A program made the position numbers and the translations under genes. A stretch of 64,000 nt of DNA from Nemertoderma westbladi (taxonomy: Eukaryota > Animalia > Xenacoelomorpha). Numbering within the stretch: position 1 is the stretch's first letter; each line of letters opens with the position of its first letter. The notes under the pieces were generated by a model. That model worked only from the letters and a program-made list of their open reading frames with translations, had not been told where the DNA came from and searched no databases. The DNA lies in the NCBI GenBank assembly GCA_032718475.1, contig JAUCBJ010001486.1, forward strand, positions 32,458-96,457, written 5' to 3'. Below, in pieces: positions 60,890 to 64,000 of the stretch.

Positions 60890-61385
60890 AGAATACTCAA
60901 ACAAATACAAACCAAAACGCTGGCAGACTACCACCAAGCCGAAATAAACTACTGTATGTGCAGATTCAAAAACGGTTAGTTAGTATGCGTTCTAACACGG
61001 TAGTACGACTTATTCTTTAAGAGGGGATTGACCTTACAGCTATGGCTGCCCCAACTTACTAACTGGCACTTTATCAGACAAACTCTACACACGCAGCAAT
61101 CTCTTCAGACCTAATAATAGCTAGACAACAATCCAGCCCACAAAATATCTGAGTAATAACTATTACGGTACCTGAACAGACCACACAAACAAACACAGGC
61201 CAAAACGCTGGCAGAATACTGTCAAGCCTAAATAAACTACAGTATGTGCAGATTCCAAAATGGTTAGTTAGTATGCATTCTAACACGGTAGTACGACTTA
61301 TTCTTTAAGAGGGGATTGACCTTACAGCTATGGCTGCCCCAACTTACTAACTGGCACTCTATCGGACAAACTCTACACACGCCGT
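60890..61385. repeat. Tandem duplication in the copy B 5' leader
   Basis: CCAAAACGCTGGCAGA...CAAACTCTACACACGC occurs at ~60912-61095 and ~61200-61382; copy A has a single unit. Confidence 0.85.
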
Positions 61386-63088
61386 AATCTCTCCAAACCC
61401 AACAACAATCCGACAACAGTCCGGCCTACAGTTATCTGAACAATCTGAGCAGACTTACACGTCTTCAGCTCAATATTAACTTACTAGGAAATAAAACTGA
61501 CAGAAATGGACCTAAGTAAAATCCCAATAAAAACCAGGCGTCCCCGATTTAATATCGAGACCTACCGGTATACAATAATCAAAATCGAATAATACTAATG
61601 TACTTATACTGGAAGTACCGGTTAGGATGGTTGGGCCTACAGACCTACAGAAGTACCGGTTCTGGCAGTTGGACCTACAGACCTACAGCAGTACCGTTTC
61701 TGCCAGTTGGGCCTACTGACCTACAGAAGTACCGGTTCAGGTTTACCGGTCGACCGGTACTTTCAACTTTATTGCTTACTGCAATAAAGACGATAACTGT
61801 TATTGTACGCGCTTTTGAAGACCTTTAGCAGTTTAACCTGCCAAAATTTATATGTCTTTTGGTTTATAAATAGACTTTAGAAGTTGACAAATATTTAATA
61901 CCAATAAACACAACATTAGCAGAAGCCAGCCTAGTGCGCGTCCATTCACCCGCTGGATATACCCGGGAGACTGGATTCTGAGGGCTTAGATTATTATTGC
62001 AGTGTAAGCTTACTGTATTATTCGATTGATCGTTAATAATTAATTTCTGACTAATATTATTCACTTTCGGGAAATATTAACAGTTCCTTTAGGACGTGGC
62101 GCTCTATCTAGGTAAACAGAGATATGACTTATACTAATCACAACGGTAAGTCGGTAAGGCTTATGATTCACGTATGAGGCGCATTCTTTAGGAAATGCTT
62201 AGTTATCAGTCACAATCATGCACACTACCGGTACCGGTAACACACAATACTGCTCACTAATTTGCCGGCCGTCAATGAATTTTATCATATATAAAGAGAA
62301 CAGCAACGGACTCATGTAGTGCTTATCAAATAGCATTAGGTTCACTACAAACCACAATAATATAAGTCGCAATCGCTATATATAACCCGTCTCTCTAACC
62401 TGTAGTGTATCAAGAAAATTGGGAAATTTGGGTTCTTTATAGATGTTATCCAAATAATATTCAACCAACTGATACAAAATATGACAACAGCAAACAGCAG
62501 CACAACAATGTATGTTGAACCGATAATGCAAGACTGAACGGAGTTGCACCGATTGTTATGCACTGATAACAGTTATACGCTCTATAATTTAAGCCTACTA
62601 ATGTTTCTTCTAAAGTATGAAAACGAGTTGACTCTAGAGCCGGTGTTCCTGGCCTAGATAGAAACAACACAACAGTAACAAGACAAGAAAAACAGTAAGA
62701 CTGAACACTCCTAGCATGATCTGCCAAAATATCTCCACATCGACAGAAAAAATCGCTCTGATTGGCTGTTAAGCTAAACAAAGAACCATGTGTCCAATGG
62801 CCGTTTCCATGTCAGCAACCAGCTGTTAGATGTCGTAATCTGAATCATCAAGGCTAAGCTGTGCCAGGGTATTTGGTGCATTGCGGGTTTTTTGCCTTAC
62901 CATGTCCGCCAAAGCACACATATAGAAGAATGACGTTTATGTCCGTTAAAACACCTATAACGGTACCTTGCGGGCGAGGGGGATATATATATAGTTAGAG
63001 AGCTTTTTAGAGTATTCCAGCGCCTGGGGGGAAACTGGATTGCAAAGCAAAAGGGCCAGTTATATCCCACAGAAGCTTTTACACTCTT

Positions 63089-63952
63089 GATCCTAATAGT
63101 ATCACGGATCCTCCCGAACTGTACTCACTGTTCAAAGATCTAGTGTTACCCGAACAATTAATCGGTGGCACTCCGGTAGTGGGCTCTCTAGATATTCGCC
63201 CATCCTACCTAGCCGGATTGGGACGCGGACATTTAATATCGCCGTTTAACCCGTATAATCGTCCCGGTTTAACCCCGATACAACCCATCACCGAAGTCGA
63301 GGAGAGCGTTGTACGAAACGCGTTAGACGCTATTCGGCAAAAGATCGGAAAAGGAACTTACGATTGTTTAGATAAACGTAAATTGCAGCAGCAAGTCCAA
63401 CCGGTAAAAGAATTAGCTTTACCTCAGTTCGATCGAGAAATCCAGAATCTCGAGGAGGACATCGAACTTGGACGAACCTACTCTCTACAAGAGTTTTTAG
63501 ACGAACGCTTCCAACGACAAGCGGAGGAAAATCAGCTCGAGGAGAAGCATATCGAAATGGACGAGAGAGATGAAGCAGCTTTAGCCCAACCAGAAGCTCA
63601 AATCCTTATGACTGATCTCTATTCCAAAACCATCATTCATCCCTCGTTGGTTCCCCATTTCGGAGACAAACTCTTCGCCACGGTACAACCCCAACCGGTT
63701 GATATCAACCTAAGTTGTGTCGCTTGTGTCGACGGTATACTCGTTGAACCCCTGGACAATCGAGCGGATATTGTCCGTCGTATGGTACACGAGGTCAATC
63801 TACGCGCTAGACCTTTACCGAACTCATTTTATGGGATCAAAGACCACCCTTATTATGTCAATCTAACTCAATATTATATGGTGAAACCGGAAGATCCTCT
63901 GCATAGTTTAAAGTTTCTACCATTGATAAATCCCGCGGTGACTTGTTCATAA
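63089..63952 (+). CDS. Accessory 3' ORF of BEL copy A, continuation after the copy B insertion
   Basis: Open from 63089 (DPNSITDPPELYSLFKDLVLPEQ...) and in frame with 48159-49052 once copy B and one TSD are removed. 63937-64000 switches to GDLFINSHPELQEVHRRPYEY, matching the end of ORF 50754-51122. Confidence 0.8.
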   Translation, partial: DPNSITDPPELYSLFKDLVLPEQLIGGTPVVGSLDIRPSYLAGLGRGHLISPFNPYNRPGLTPIQPITEVEESVVRNALDAIRQKIGKGTYDCLDKRKLQQQVQPVKELALPQFDREIQNLEEDIELGRTYSLQEFLDERFQRQAEENQLEEKHIEMDERDEAALAQPEAQILMTDLYSKTIIHPSLVPHFGDKLFATVQPQPVDINLSCVACVDGILVEPLDNRADIVRRMVHEVNLRARPLPNSFYGIKDHPYYVNLTQYYMVKPEDPLHSLKFLPLINPAVTCS

Positions 63953-64000
63953 ACTCGCATCCAGAACTACAAGAAGTTCATAGACGACCCTATGAATATA

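Larger units (their letters stand above)
49053..63083 (-). mobile_element. BEL/Pao retrotransposon copy B, both LTRs present, recent insertion
   Basis: LTRs 61804-63083 (5') and 49053-50327 (3'), TG...CA on the minus strand, differ by about four substitutions and a 5-bp indel by eye. 5-bp TSD CTCTT (49048-49052, 63084-63088). Confidence 0.97.
35143..64000 (+). mobile_element. BEL/Pao retrotransposon copy A (older, disabled); 5' LTR 35143-36337; interrupted by copy B; 3' LTR predicted just beyond the window
   Basis: LTR TGTAAAAGC...GCGCGAACA is homologous to the copy B LTR. Leader, gag-pol and 3' ORF are homologous to copy B. Sequence resumes in frame after 63088. Confidence 0.9.

Noticed and set aside
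63143-63952. Independent host gene or env gene
   Set aside because: In frame with 48159-49052 across the insertion, so part of the BEL accessory ORF; no signal peptide or TM helix is visible.

Overview
AT-rich eukaryotic genomic DNA, very probably from an invertebrate animal, dominated by nested transposable elements. Three host genes are visible: the last exon (M3-M4) of a nicotinic-type Cys-loop receptor subunit, an intronless BRMS1/Sds3-family gene and a six-finger C2H2 gene. The retroelements are three RTE-clade LINEs, a complete CsRn1-clade Gypsy element nested in one LINE (itself inserted in a 54-bp satellite), Penelope remnants, and three copies of one BEL/Pao family. One BEL copy is complete (49053-63083, TSD CTCTT) and sits inside an older relative. 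HINE/Helentron-like elements and DNA transposons are also present. Two observations stand out. (1) At 34787-34895 (-) a complete type I hammerhead ribozyme occupies the anticodon-arm position of a tRNA-like Pol III cassette (A box, B box, T5 terminator), and the cassette is carried inside an inverted-repeat, TTAA-bounded element. A second, Penelope-type minimal hammerhead lies at 6451-6493 (-). (2) The BEL/Pao family carries a large non-env accessory ORF 3' of pol, with Zn-binding/knuckle motifs and a basic C-terminal NLS-like tail. It can only be reconstructed by splicing out the nested copy and combining the two copies. All calls come from reading the sequence by eye; no searches were run.
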